Source of the DNA: Laetmonice hystrix
Taxonomy: Eukaryota
DNA: 64,000 bases
Direction of reading: 5' to 3'
Assembly (NCBI GenBank): GCA_965235115.1
Contig: OZ249440.1
Location: 19,592,001 to 19,656,000, forward strand
The position numbers and the translations under genes were made by a program. Below are positions 24,925 to 37,649 of the stretch, one piece after another (position 1 is the stretch's first letter; each line of letters starts with the position of its first letter). Under the pieces are notes generated by a model, which was given only the letters and a program-made list of their open reading frames with translations, did no database searches and was not told where the DNA came from.

Positions 24925-25372
24925 ACCTTCATCACTCCTTGTTTCAGCTCTACGATCATCCTCCGCTGGACCTTCATCACTCCTTGTTTCAGCTCTACGA
25001 TCATCCTCCGCTGGACCTTCATCACTCCTTGTTTCAGCTCTACGATCATCCTCCGCTGGACCTTCATCACTCCTTGTTTCAGCTCTACGATCATCCTCCG
25101 CTGGACCTTCATCACTCCTTGTTTCAGCTCTACGATCATCCTCCGCTGGACCTTCATCACTTCTTGTTTCAGCTCTACGATCATCCTCCGCTGGACCTTC
25201 ATCACTCCTTGTTTCAGCTCTACGATCATCCTCCGCTGGACCTTCATCACTCCTTGTTTCAGCTCTACGATCATCCTCCGCTGGACCTTCATCACTCCTT
25301 GTTTCAGCTCTACGATCATCCTCCGCTGGACCTTAATTCATCACTCCTTGTTTCAGCTCTACGATCATCCTC
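24925..25372 (-). repeat. 45-bp tandem array (~10 copies) inside the Tc1 transposase N-terminus
   Basis: The unit encodes MIVELKQGVMKVQRR in frame (ORF 24870-25319). Confidence 0.95.
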
Positions 25373-26899
25373 CGCTGCTCTTCACTGACGTCCTTCCTAC
25401 GATCGCGATCCATGGTGACGACGAAATTGTTGTAAATCAACTTTTTAAGATCTCCCGTAATATGCGTTAGGATTTGTGCGAGAAATTGATGTTTTCCCAT
25501 CGAGATTTCCATTTTTTTGCAATCATACTTTGAAATGACACATTCAACTTTGTATTCAGGACTATAGATTAGATCTATATGACTAAACTTTGCCCAGTAT
25601 TGTGTAGGAACAAATTACATGCAAGCACGTTACTCGTTAGTGAATGTTTGGTTGATTTACACTAAGAGAGCAATCATTTGTAAATTAGATTGTATACATG
25701 CCATCACTGATTTGTTCCCTTATCTGTTACGACAAGGGATTAGTTCCTACCGCCTACTGTTCACCATGGGGTAATTTTTCAGGTTCCTCCTTGATAGACA
25801 GCCTCGGGACATCGACTTATTCCTACAGCCAGATATCATTTAGAGTATCATTCATTAGAAAAGAAACAGTCGAAAGGAGAGACAGGGCGTTGCAACAACA
25901 ATTTGCTAAAGCGGCACGTGTTGTTACTCTTAGTTTTACTTGCCATTTTTTGACGTGCATGCACTACTTAGGTGATTACCGAAAGACGTCGGACTGTTCT
26001 ATCATTTATCATCTTCCCTGGAAGAGGTTTCATGCTTCATCTCCTCAATACGGACGCGCAGTGCTCCCGGAGCCTTGCATTCCCTCTACATATCGGATCA
26101 TTGTATCGCTGATCTCCCACATTAAACTCTATACGTTTTAAGAAGATACCAGCAGACTTTGGGCACCCCAATGACACATGACCTCTCGCTAAGTTCGTTA
26201 CCTTCTCATAACTATGCTATCGCCTACAGGATTGACTGCGATGGTACCCTGTCATCGGAGCACAGAATATCTAGCGGACATAAAAGCCAATTAGGTAGAA
26301 ATGTAATGCCATTATAAAGCGCGTCATCTAGGCCTATAACTCTCACGACTTCTAATGTATAATCGTTATTGCCGATAGCCATAATTAGATTTATTGTACA
26401 TTGCTGAGTCCATCAGATTAGACTTACCAGAATAACGCATGTTCTTGCGCAAACCCGTTTGTTTTTTTCAGTACAGAAGGTTGACAAACCTCCACAGATA
26501 GCTGTAGCTTCACGTGCTCAATCCTAAATCCCGCAGACTTCATACAGGAGCAAAATCTGAAACACAGCGTCAGCGACTGAGTAACATTTTGAGTAACAGA
26601 GTAAAAAGGTTGCCTGTTCTAGATACCAAATCCCCTACCAAAGTGGGATCAATAGTCCTTCCACGAACCTTCATAAAGTCACAACTTCCAGGCATGTGCA
26701 TCAGGGCCTCCCTTTTCTTGTTTGACCGTTCTTTTTGCCGTTAAATTGCCAACTGTCACTCCAACTCTCACTGACTGCACAGCATCAGGGTCGTTGGCTC
26801 TAATAATGGCAGAAATTCGACCCGAATCCTTCAGAAACGTGGGGCTGACGTCCATGAGCCATATCTATGGTTTGCCAGGTCGACGGGCATAGATGTAGA

Positions 26900-27180
26900 A
26901 ATTGAGCATAATGAAAGACAAGTCACGGAGGCCGATCCAGGTAAGGTGAGTGAAGAGGTGAATTGTAGGTTTTACGCTCCGTCGACAGTATTTCGTAGGT
27001 TCTTTTATATGCCCAGTAGCACAAACACGGCTGGACATACCAAAACCTTTGATGACCCAGTTGCGGAGCCCCGGGGGAGGGCCAGTACTGGTACTGGAAG
27101 GATGTAAATCCAGGTGTGCCCCGCAGATGGTTCTGCAACCCGACACCTGACCACAAACCACTAACCACTTTTACGAACAG
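26900..27180 (-). mobile_element. tRNA-derived SINE copy (same family as 19185-19410)
   Basis: Shared core caaaggttttggtatgtccagccgtgtttgtgctactgggcatataaaaga; decayed A/B-box-like head (gtggttagtgg...gtcgggttgcaga). Confidence 0.6.
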
Positions 27181-29527
27181 CCAGGGGTTGAGCTGAGGGT
27201 TTTTCTTACTTTAATGCTTTCTCTGGTAATTTAGAAATAAAATAAGAAACTACAATATGAACAAGTTATGAGCAACAGGTGTGTCAAACCAATGTAGGTC
27301 TAAATTCAGTTGTGAACTTCTGCCCTATCTATTACGAATTGACCGTTTCAATTTTTTGATTACATGAATAGGAGGTCAGGACAGGCCGAGTCTGGTGTCT
27401 AGTGACGTGTATTTGCATATACACGTAAATGTATCCAGATATGCTATGAAAAACTACTTATTAAGAACTTTAGGTACAAACTTGATTTTGAAAAAAACCC
27501 ATTGGCTTTCAAGCTTAGCTAAGGGATGGAAAATAATTAAGTTGAGCAAGTTGCTAAAGTGCATTGATTGAGAAGACATCTTTCCAGACCTGTAATTGAC
27601 CATGTGAGCGAAGTAGTGGCTTCAAATTTACGCTACGCCCTGTCGGCAATATTTGAGCAATCTCCAGTCTAGTCTAGCCCAAGGGAGTGATGACGAGGAC
27701 GAACTGAGGAAGAAACCTCCTACCGGAAGCGGTCCCCCTGACTTCTCAAAAGATGAAATTACAACACTGAAATAGGATTAGGTCGGCTGGAAATGATGCC
27801 TTCAGTAATTACTCAATAGACAGTATAAGTGGGTTCGTTTACAAGTAGATACCGATATAGATCCACAGACTTTATTCGAGAAGGATTGAGTCCATGAGTA
27901 TATTAGTGCCCACTATCTTCAAGATACGGTAAGAAGATGTACAAACTAACAACTGTCTTCAATGTTACCAGTCGACCCGGCAGAATATTGCACCAGATTT
28001 CCTGATGACGGGCCAAGCCCCTGAGTGTTCGTGACCGCTCTCTGCTCTCCCCTTGAACCACCATACGGTATTCTGGCATCGTCTCAAATCTCCGGATGCT
28101 TCGTCTGGTTTAAGTTGGGGTGAAAACATCGAGACACAGCTAGAGGTCCAGCAGATGACAGCTCCCGGCCACTGTGGAAGCTGGCGGTTAGTGGTGGGTG
28201 GTGAGACTTAACAGAACTGTATTGCGACACCTTGTTCCGAGCTGCACTATCTCCCCTCTGTGGAGGGTGGCTTCTAACGTAGTCATTATAGACATGGAAT
28301 GAATGTCACTACAGTGGGCCCTCATTGCTAGATGACCCCCTATAATTAGTAGGCGGGAGCGACTGTCCTTGTGAGTTCTGAGCTGATATGTTGAGTTCGT
28401 GGATACTCTATTGGATAGCAATTAATATTGGATGGTCAAAACGTTGCTAAATGATATGGAAGCAATGTGAGCTTCTTCAACGCTGGATTATTAGGCGCTA
28501 TGACTAATTACTCTCTGTCTCTCCAGACAATATAAGCAGGCCGGAAGCGTACATCAGAAAAAATGAACGTGAATACCTGTAGACTCATGTAAAATAATAT
28601 GAAAACGTGAAATTTAAAAAGTGTGTGTTCTATCCACTAGCAACAGTGGCGTGTTGATGCCGTCTCTGATGTTATCCTAGACATGCAGTCAGATGAATTA
28701 TTTGATCTCACTATTTTTCAACTGCTCCCTCCACCACCACAGCTGGTACAGACATGAGCGTTCCCTTTGGTAAAATGGTCGCTATTGTAACGTGAAATTC
28801 ACACTGTTCGTTTCATTCCCTCGGCAAAGCAGCGCTGTCGTGGGTTCGGTATCAGATTGCACTGTTGTTGCCAAATTGAAACTTGAAGACTCCTTCCCTT
28901 ACATGTGTCGGAGGCTTCTTTCATTCTGGCTTCGAAAAAAAAAAGATAAATTAAAGTTTCGAATTGAAAGGAAAAAGATCCTGTAGAGAGTTTAGGCGAA
29001 TTTTCTGTCGCAATCTTGAAGTCCGCGCAGCGCCATTACTCTGCGGAGCCTGACGTCACTGGGATCAGAAGCTGTAGAATATGCACTCTCTAGCAAGCCC
29101 ACGTACTTAATGAGTCATCCTCGAAACATGTATCCAGGAAATGTGCCTAACATAGACGAGAATTATGAGTGGGGACAAATGCCTTCCTTCTCATATTTGC
29201 TCTCAAAAGGAAACCTGTGAAATGAGCGTTCCAGCTGCTGCCCTGCCCCCCGGCCCAGACCTGGTCGTACATACCTCTACTGCACAAGTAGGCATGATTC
29301 GCTTCTGTTCGCGACGATAGTCATTAGTCACACGGAAACACGCTAACAAATTGTCCCTTCGTCTCGTTTTGTGTGTTAATTAAATTTAGTGCGCCTTATA
29401 ATGACTGATAAGGTCGACGAGTGAGCCCGATTCGCTTCTTCACTATGTCATGGCCACGTTTTCTGACCCTGGTGACGTCATGGACTTTCTAGTTCCGGTT
29501 AAGGAACGTCACCTCATTGGTTGAGCG

Positions 29528-29528
<1 letters not shown>

Positions 29529-29568
<40 letters not shown>
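29529..29568 (+). repeat. (GT)n microsatellite
   Basis: Direct reading. Confidence 0.95.
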
Positions 29569-29569
<1 letters not shown>

Positions 29570-30149
29570 CGGGGGGGGGATTCAATGGCGGCATCCATGA
29601 AGTAGTGAGATTCTACATAAAATCCAGGTATTATGGTGAATATCTCAGCTATTTGTTTTCTTATTGGTGCGAATTGTTAGTTTGTATATCGATGTTTACC
29701 ATAGTGGCAGGGTGTATTGGGGACAAGAGGTAAAGTTACGGCGGGGAGTCGTTACATGAGGTTACAGGAATGCTGGCCCTTGAACACGCCCCCCCCGAAC
29801 GGACCTGTTCCACCTAAAACAATCCATTGGTATAATAAATGCCCTTGATAAGTCCTGCCGTGCGTCCCCAATGTTTCAAGTAATGAACGACTGAATGTAG
29901 CCTTTATAAGTAACATTAACATTTATGAAGGTGGAGTGCAGTTCAATCGAGAAATTCAAATCTTATGGTTAACATGGAGTCTGTCTTTAGTATACTTTCC
30001 TGACATATGCCAACAATATAAAATGTTCAAGCAGTTTGTAATATGTAACCAGATAGCTTTGGCCTGGGGGCAAAAATAAAAGTTTGCTCATGAAGAAAAG
30101 CCATATCCCCCTGGTATCAAATGGGCCGCCCTTTATTAGTATTCAGGCT

Positions 30150-30750
30150 TGCGAACACAAGCGAAATCGCCGAAGGTTGCCAAAACAATAGTCCCGTTCA
30201 AGATACGTGGGGAAGCTAACGATCGGTATGAACGGGCCCGGGTAGGCCTGTATATTTATGTAGATTTATAGCAATTAATAGTTTTCCGAGAAATGTATAA
30301 TATTTGATCGATAGAGCCATATGAGTTCCTTCCACTAAACTGTACTTGCATTATTTCGATCGTTGTGCATCTCAAGTACCGTCTTGTTGCAAGTGAAAAC
30401 TAGTAAATCAATTTACAACCGTTTTCGGGTCCATACATTTCTAATAACTTGATAAATGAAAGTAATATTGGAGTAAATGAGTTCATCTAATCTTAGCTAA
30501 TCTTGCGAGGGAGCTATGATTATATGGAAGGTTATCTCCCCGTAGTAAAGTCTTAATGAACTGTGGTTGGGACGTAGGCGAGGGATAGGGGCTCGTTTTT
30601 TAAGGAGACTGTGATATTACACGGTCATTCCTCTGCAGTGAAGAACGTCTTTACAGATTAGCTAATAAATACTGCGGACATTGTAAAGAAGGACTTCGAT
30701 AGCTCTGCCTCGTCTTATTTCGAATTGTTAGGTCGTTTATAACTCAGTGC
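30150..30750 (-). pseudogene. Possible very decayed LINE AP-endonuclease fragment
   Basis: Remnants EVLLYNVRSI, IYRP and IVLATFGDF in the expected order but in broken frames. Confidence 0.3.
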
Positions 30751-31691
30751 AACATTACAGATTTAGCCCGTCTATAGCGAAAGAGCTCGGTCGACACGTA
30801 ATATTGTATTGTCGAGGTCCAAGTTTAACAGAACCGACATATCACTGGAACATGACTGGATAAGTACTACATTGTTCACGATATTAATAATACCACATTC
30901 ATCAAGTTTTATCTAATCAACAATACTGCTATGCCTGGAAGGGGTAATATCAGTTGTCTTCTGTCATTTTTAACATAAGTTCGACTTCTATTTTCAAAGC
31001 GTAAAACAGACTGTTTGAATAGATTCCTGTTGTCCCTGCGACAATTGAGTGTTTGTTTTTTGTCACCTCTCTGTGTAACAACTCCGGATCTGACGCCAGA
31101 TCTGACGTATTCCTCGTCTCTCTTCGCACAATTCTTTCTCAGACGATATTTCATAGAGTGAGAGGTGTTCTGTCGTACAGCGTCCTTTTATCTGTGTTAC
31201 TACACGGCTGAAAAACCTACATCAAGACATAGTCACCTATTCAGAGCCAATAATAAATTTTGTATCGCCAATTGCAAGTGTTTCGTCTTGAATTAATACG
31301 GGGGTTTCCATATAGTTCACGCAAAGCGGCACCAGTCACTGCGCATGTGTGCTGAGTCGTCTGCAGTCACTGCTTCTTCCGGAGTCATGGCTTTGCAGCC
31401 GGACAATGAAGGAATTACGAAAGTATTTGACAAAAAGAGGTTTGCCATGAGACCAAATAAGGGAAGCTTGTTTCACTGGCAACCAAGGTAGCATGTCTAT
31501 AGCCCCATCGAGCCCGATGATCATGTATACTCGGAAAGAGAGCGGCGGTGTGTCGTACTAGATGTTGACACCGGAAGTCCCAGTGTCGGCGGAAGTGGGC
31601 TTTTCATCGCTGGCGGCGCATAGCGGGATTTGAGTGAACTAGTTTTGAGAAACTCCCGTGTTAACTTAAATAGATATAGATAAAAAAAAGA

Positions 31692-31997
31692 GGGCATCAA
31701 TAAACAGCGAACTGAGCGAACTGAGATCGTCTAGTTATGCCTGGGGGGATTCCCCATAGGGACTGGCTATTGACACCAACACGAAAACAGCCGACCTAAA
31801 TTAGTTTGACTAATTCCTACACGAAACAGTGTGTTTGGGTTACGGTAAAGGTTAGGCCTAGGGTTAGTGTTAGTTTAATCCCAAAACTGTTGTTAAAATA
31901 GACAATAACTTCCGGCCGTGACGTCATACCTGAAGTCACTGGCTTGTAGCACGACTAATCGATCTCAGTTCGCTCAGTTCGCTGTTTATTGATGCCC
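31692..31997. mobile_element. MITE (~306 bp), PIF/Harbinger-like GGG termini
   Basis: 38-bp TIRs gggcatcaataaacagcgaactgagcgaactgagatcg / reverse complement; TSD not preserved. Confidence 0.8.
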
Positions 31998-34900
31998 AAA
32001 AAAGGACGCTATTATCCTTTCACCGAGACCGCTTTGTTGAGCACCATTAATGATTAAAGTATATAAAATTAAGGTACTTTGTATAAAACTAATAAAGGGC
32101 TAAAAGACTATTTTGCATATACGATGCATCTCTAGCAAAACAATGGGTTGTCTAAACCAATATAGATTCCTTGACCTAGACGTGTCATTGATCTTTCGAA
32201 GCCACCACAAACTCCCGACAGCTCGTCAACTTTTTTTACCATCAGTTGTTGACCAGTGAAGAAGCAGGTTGTCCCAAGTAATAACTGTTCTCGAGCCAGA
32301 CAAGTGCCCCTTGGTTCGGGCCGCGGCCCCCGCCCCCGGTAGTAAAGTGCTAGGATGTGCTGGTAATCAATATTCAAGGACGTCGTAATGTTATGAAAGT
32401 CAGCGGCGATTAGAATCAGTCGTGGCGTTGTATCAACCCCTCGGGCCCATGATAGCATTACGGGTCTATGGCTAATCTGGTTTCATGGTCAAAGGAAGAT
32501 CGTACCTGAAAGGCAAAGTTTTTATCACCGGCAACAAACTTCCGCAAATCCTTCTTTAGCAAGGTTCCTCGTCTGCCAGATGTTGAGTGAGGATTGCTAC
32601 CTTTATTCGCCCTGATTATTGCCAGTGTTGCTTGGAACATGAATTAGGCTGACATGAAAAATAGCCATCATCACTTGCACAAGAACGGTAGTAAATGGTA
32701 GGCAACGCTGTAGAGGAAATGAATGACGAATGAACCCTTGGGTTATCTTGACTACATCTTCAGTTTGCTTTCATGCAAAATTACCGTCAGGGGTGCACAA
32801 GAAGGGGTTTCAGACCCGACATGTGAAATAAACCCCTGCAAATTTAGGCAAACATTTTCACGACCATGGCAAGCTGAAATCAAAGTTTTACCCCGTCCTG
32901 TAATATTGACATAAAGCCAGAGTTTTAGATGTCATGTGCATTCAGTCATTCAAAACCACGGTGCCTGGTATTCGTACATGAATATCCATGGTGTCTGGAT
33001 TCATAAGTATGCACCAAACCAGAGTCTGGTACGACGTCTACCCTGCACAACAGTCATTAGTGAGTGATTGCAGGTTTCACGCCATGTCGGGAGTAGTTCA
33101 GCCATGCATAATCAGTGCGGCATCAACCATTTAATTCAGTCAAGGGACCTATATTGTCCCCAAGTTCCAGGGGGTGATGATGAGGATGAAGTGAGAAAGA
33201 AACCTGCCACCGGGAGGCAATACCTTACTCTTTTCGAAAAAGGCTGGGGATACCAATGCCTTTGATACCTCAGTCGCGGAACACTGAGGGTCAGTGAGAA
33301 GAATGGCACTGGAAGGATCCAACTACATCTGTGCCACGCAGGTGATTCTGCTATCCGACAGTCGAGCACTTCCCCACACCAGCCTTTGCCCCATTTGCCG
33401 CAATTTACGACCAGCCAGTGGTTGAGCTGAGGATCATTCTTACCACTGATCCCCAAGGGGAGAGGCATCAGTCATGTATACCTGCCCCATCCTCTCAGCT
33501 GCCAGCCGCTATACACTGTCCTTATTGCCCCCGGCCCTCTGTTGAAACTGAAGAGGACGAACCCCCACACCGAAGGACAAGTGTCCCGAGGCTTCCTTTG
33601 CCTGAGGTGAGATTCTTTGTCACGCCATGACGGAGGGGGCCTAACTCAACTCCAAAGACGGGAATCCTGCAGTGAAACTCGACGAGTTGTCCCTGTTGAT
33701 CCGGTGGTTCTCTCATCTCTAGGTCTAATCGATGAACCTGCTCCTTGGCCGATATTGTTTCTATTCTAGACTGACAACAATTGGAACTGGGCCCGTCCTT
33801 TGAATTCTCGGGTCTTGTGTGCACTTCATGATTATATACTGTTCCAAAATGTATATCCGTGAAACATTTATTGCATTGAAAGAAGTTTGTTTAGGAAGGA
33901 GTTTTGTGTAGTAGCAGATTTGATTGGATACCCGTTTGTCAGAATTATAGAATAACTTACCTTTCAGGCCCATGCGAGATTTATGGCTATTTTAGGAAAA
34001 TTCTAAAAAGGTGAGAAAATATATAAAAATTCTTGAAATATCTCTCCCTTACACGTACTCTTCGCAAAAGATTGTCCAACCTCTTTTTGGCACGGCCAAA
34101 GCCGCACCCTATTTCAACATCAATGAAGATATGATTGACAGTAGACTAAACAATTATTGGTATATCGAAAATTGGGTAGCTATAGATAATATAAATAGGT
34201 CTGCAACGATTCCTCTAAGGGTGGAAAGAATCTCAACATATTTACAATGGTTGCATTTTCCATGGATCTTTCTGTTTATAGATGGTACTCAATATGTAGA
34301 GTTTTGTCTTGTTGAATGTGGTACGACTGATGCCGTCTAGGGAGCACAAAGAGTTAGACATAAACCACTCTGATTAGACGACCCATCAAACCCGGCCTTG
34401 TTGTGTCTGGAGATTCGTGGTAGCCGGCGACTGGGGACCAGTCTTTCCGTTTTCAATAGACGTCCGTGTTCAAAGAGCGGTATTGAATGATAAATAGCTT
34501 CATCCCGAGGACACTGTATTGTGGGTCCCCAGCAGGGCAGGGTATAGCGATCAATATGGTGTCTAGATAAGTTGTTGTAGGGGATGGAATATCTTGAGGT
34601 GTAACGATATATCGTCAACGGCAAGGGCCTTGTCATCGAGAAGGGACTATTGCTCAACTTAAGGCAGGAATCGGTGGACAAATATAACATCACGCAATTA
34701 TGTTTGTGGTTTTAACAAATCTAATAATTCAGTGTTGTCACTGATATTAGTAGTAGTGAAACTTATATGGGGATAATTCCTCCTTTCAGCACCAAATATA
34801 CGTCCTTCCTCACTCCCCGTAGCATCTGAGCTCTGATTGAAAGTAATTACAGCGGCCGTGTACTGAGGGATCTTGGTGATAAAAGACTTGGACATGGACC

Positions 34901-37649
34901 CTTTAAAAACTCAGCTAGGTTGGGCGCTTGAGCCTTGACCTTACTGCCAGTGATGTTCTCCCCACTGACGATTTAGTATCCACGCTTGAGGCAACTCGAG
35001 TTCGTTTTGATCTTGGCCATGCGGCTGGACAATTGCTCAAAGGATTGTCAAACTCTTTCTTCGCACGGCGAAATGCACACCTTACCATCCTAAAATGCCA
35101 TGCCCTCTAGTACTTCTTAACCTTAATGCAAGGTCTTCCACATGTGGAGTTAAGCTAGCTTGTGGAAGACACTTGGACAGCGGCTTTTTACGGAGTGTAA
35201 CACTGCAACAGCTGTAAAAGGGATTACGATGAAGGGGATAAATTGTTGTAGAAAATGCGCTCCTCCCCTCATCCCCACCCACTCTCTGGGTCGGCAGTGT
35301 TAAGAGGAAACTGCGCGACGACCTCTGTAAATTGAACAGCTGTTGAAGTGTGTTTACTGGCCGTTTAATCATTCTGATGGCTTCGCGAGCATGCGTTAAT
35401 ATCAAGGAGTCTCGGTTCGGTTGAGTGTGGGGACCGATCTTTAAGGGTCACCCCACTTTGACCCAATTTTATTCACTTGATCAATTCTATTTTCCTGATT
35501 AACTCATGGACGAAAGTCTGATACCAAACTTTCTCACTCGAAATTGGGGTTTCGTTCTCTGTTTTCATCAGAAGTGTTTAAGGGTGTAGAGAACCCTGCA
35601 GGGCATTACAAACGTCGCCTCCGTTCTATGTGTGGATTTCCCACCGATGGAACAATGGGACCTGCCATTTACTGGATGCACTTCCGGTTTACGCTCACTG
35701 CTTGTTTATGGTCACTCGTCGGACTGCAGTACGGGGTGCTAAGGTCGCAATTCGTACTCAGCGGGGTCTCAACTGATGCATCAGAACAGCGACCTGGGGA
35801 CATCGAAGCCGACTCACCCACGGTCAACTGACGCCGCTCAGCCACTGTTTTGCATTACTATTCAGCCCGACAATCTATGGTGCCAGCATTCCTCGCCCAC
35901 TGACCATTGTTCTTTGTACTTCCGAACTGAACAGTGTGTCGTCAAGATAGGAGACACAAGAGGGCGGATGTAGGGGACAATTTGGTCCTCTGGGCCCTCG
36001 CTGTCTTCGATTCTTGATGCCCCACGGCCCACACTAGAGGACGGTTTTACGGTGATTCGTTCAAAATACAACAGAGATGGAGATTGATCCTGGCGACCGT
36101 TACAAAGCGACCATGTCAGGCGTGAAGCATGTTTCCAAACATGAAAAGAACCCATAACTCTCTGCACGCACTGTCCTCGCCAAATCGTTATGATTTCACC
36201 TCGAGAGGCACACTGCGTGCTAGCCGACCGCCGACACAACGTGCTCTCTCATGGCGTGGTAACTTTGAGTGTCTTCTGCCCTCTGTCATCTCCAGCTGCA
36301 GCGAGACCCCGGCGATGTATTTATCGTACTTTGTCCGGTGACAGAGAAAACCTTGCCTTTTTGCTAAATAGTTGGTGCCGCCAGGGGGCGGTATAGTAGG
36401 TGAGAGATATAACGGTAGAGTCAAACATAACCACCTCCCAAGTCCAATAAAATACACTAAGGCTATAATGTTGTATATATTATTGGGCTGGATGCCCGCC
36501 AAATAACCGCAGAACACATCAGCAACATCAGCAGTTCCTGTATGACAGACGCTCTGGAACTTTGTCTCCGAACTACGCCTTGTGGTAAACACGGGTAATA
36601 GATTACGTAGATAACGTCCAATGCCTTGCAATTTGGGTTGCGAATGGTGCAATATGTGCTCATGTTACCGTCACCATCTTGTAAACACTTTTCCGGCACC
36701 ATTTGGAGAATAGCAACTTCCTTAGCGCTCGCCCAACGCAGTAACCAGTCATACCTCAGTATTGCTGTCAGACGTATTCATTGCTATTTCGGCACGATGC
36801 CCATTTATAAATATCATTTTCAACGACAGTTGATACTGGTCTATTGCTGTCCAATTTAAAAACATGGAGATTGGCATTACATCACAACATCTTCATTTTT
36901 GGGATGAAATATTATCTGAATTTAAAAAGACTGTAACAAGGATAATGCTGAAAAAACCCATTCTGTTAAAAGTTTTCTTATGGTTAATACTTCTAATATT
37001 AATACTAGTAATCTTGTTGAGAGCTGTCCTGTAAGGTGGCCACCTGACGAGTGGTTTAAATCGTATTTCGAATTTGCTCGACCCATTGGAGTTTTTATAA
37101 ATTAACGTGGATTAATTTTGAGCAGCATTATTTATTACCAATCACGGATTCCTTGGAGCAGCTGATCCCTGGACGCGGACGTATCATGTTCTGATTGTAA
37201 TATGTTTACAGCTAAGAAAGGATTCGTTAAAGGACAGCTTACAATCGTAAAAGATGACCTCTTACAGGTTACCTTCTTCACCCACAGCGTACACGTCTGT
37301 CCTGATGACCGCACGTTACGTACCACACTGCCGATTTACTGTCAGCCTTTGATCCAACCCCCTTCAGCTCGCGGACGTCTACACATCTATTTAATAATTT
37401 ACCTGATACGTCATTGGACGGTGGTGGTGGACGGCCGCCCGGTAACCTTGTCTTTGATCTGTGTCGATGGTACCAACATCCGGGTTGGTCAACCCGCCAG
37501 ATAATGCACCCGCCAGATCCGATCATACACTTAAAGGGGGGTTGTCGCTTAAATTTCATGTTTGGGTGAGTGGAGGTCTATACGTTGTAATGCACTAAAA
37601 GACAGGAAAGTGTCCCCTACTGCCGGTCCGTGTGTAATCGTAGGACTCC

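Larger units (their letters stand above)
23700..25604 (-). mobile_element. Decayed Tc1-like DNA transposon
   Basis: Transposase starts at ATG 25413 (MDRDRRKDVSEEQRRMIVELKQG...IAERLGVSTRTISRV, paired-type HTH), then FSDESRFNL (24495-24527) and MIVWGCI (24377-24402) with stops. Tc1-like end TA|cacaatactgggcaaagttt at 25604; the other end is uncertain. Confidence 0.8.

Noticed and set aside
35862-36652. Crypton/DUF3504 tyrosine recombinase remnant (ALVYFIGLG, LTTHCSVRK)
   Set aside because: The catalytic R-H-x-x-R-H-Y residues cannot be placed; the similarity is too weak.
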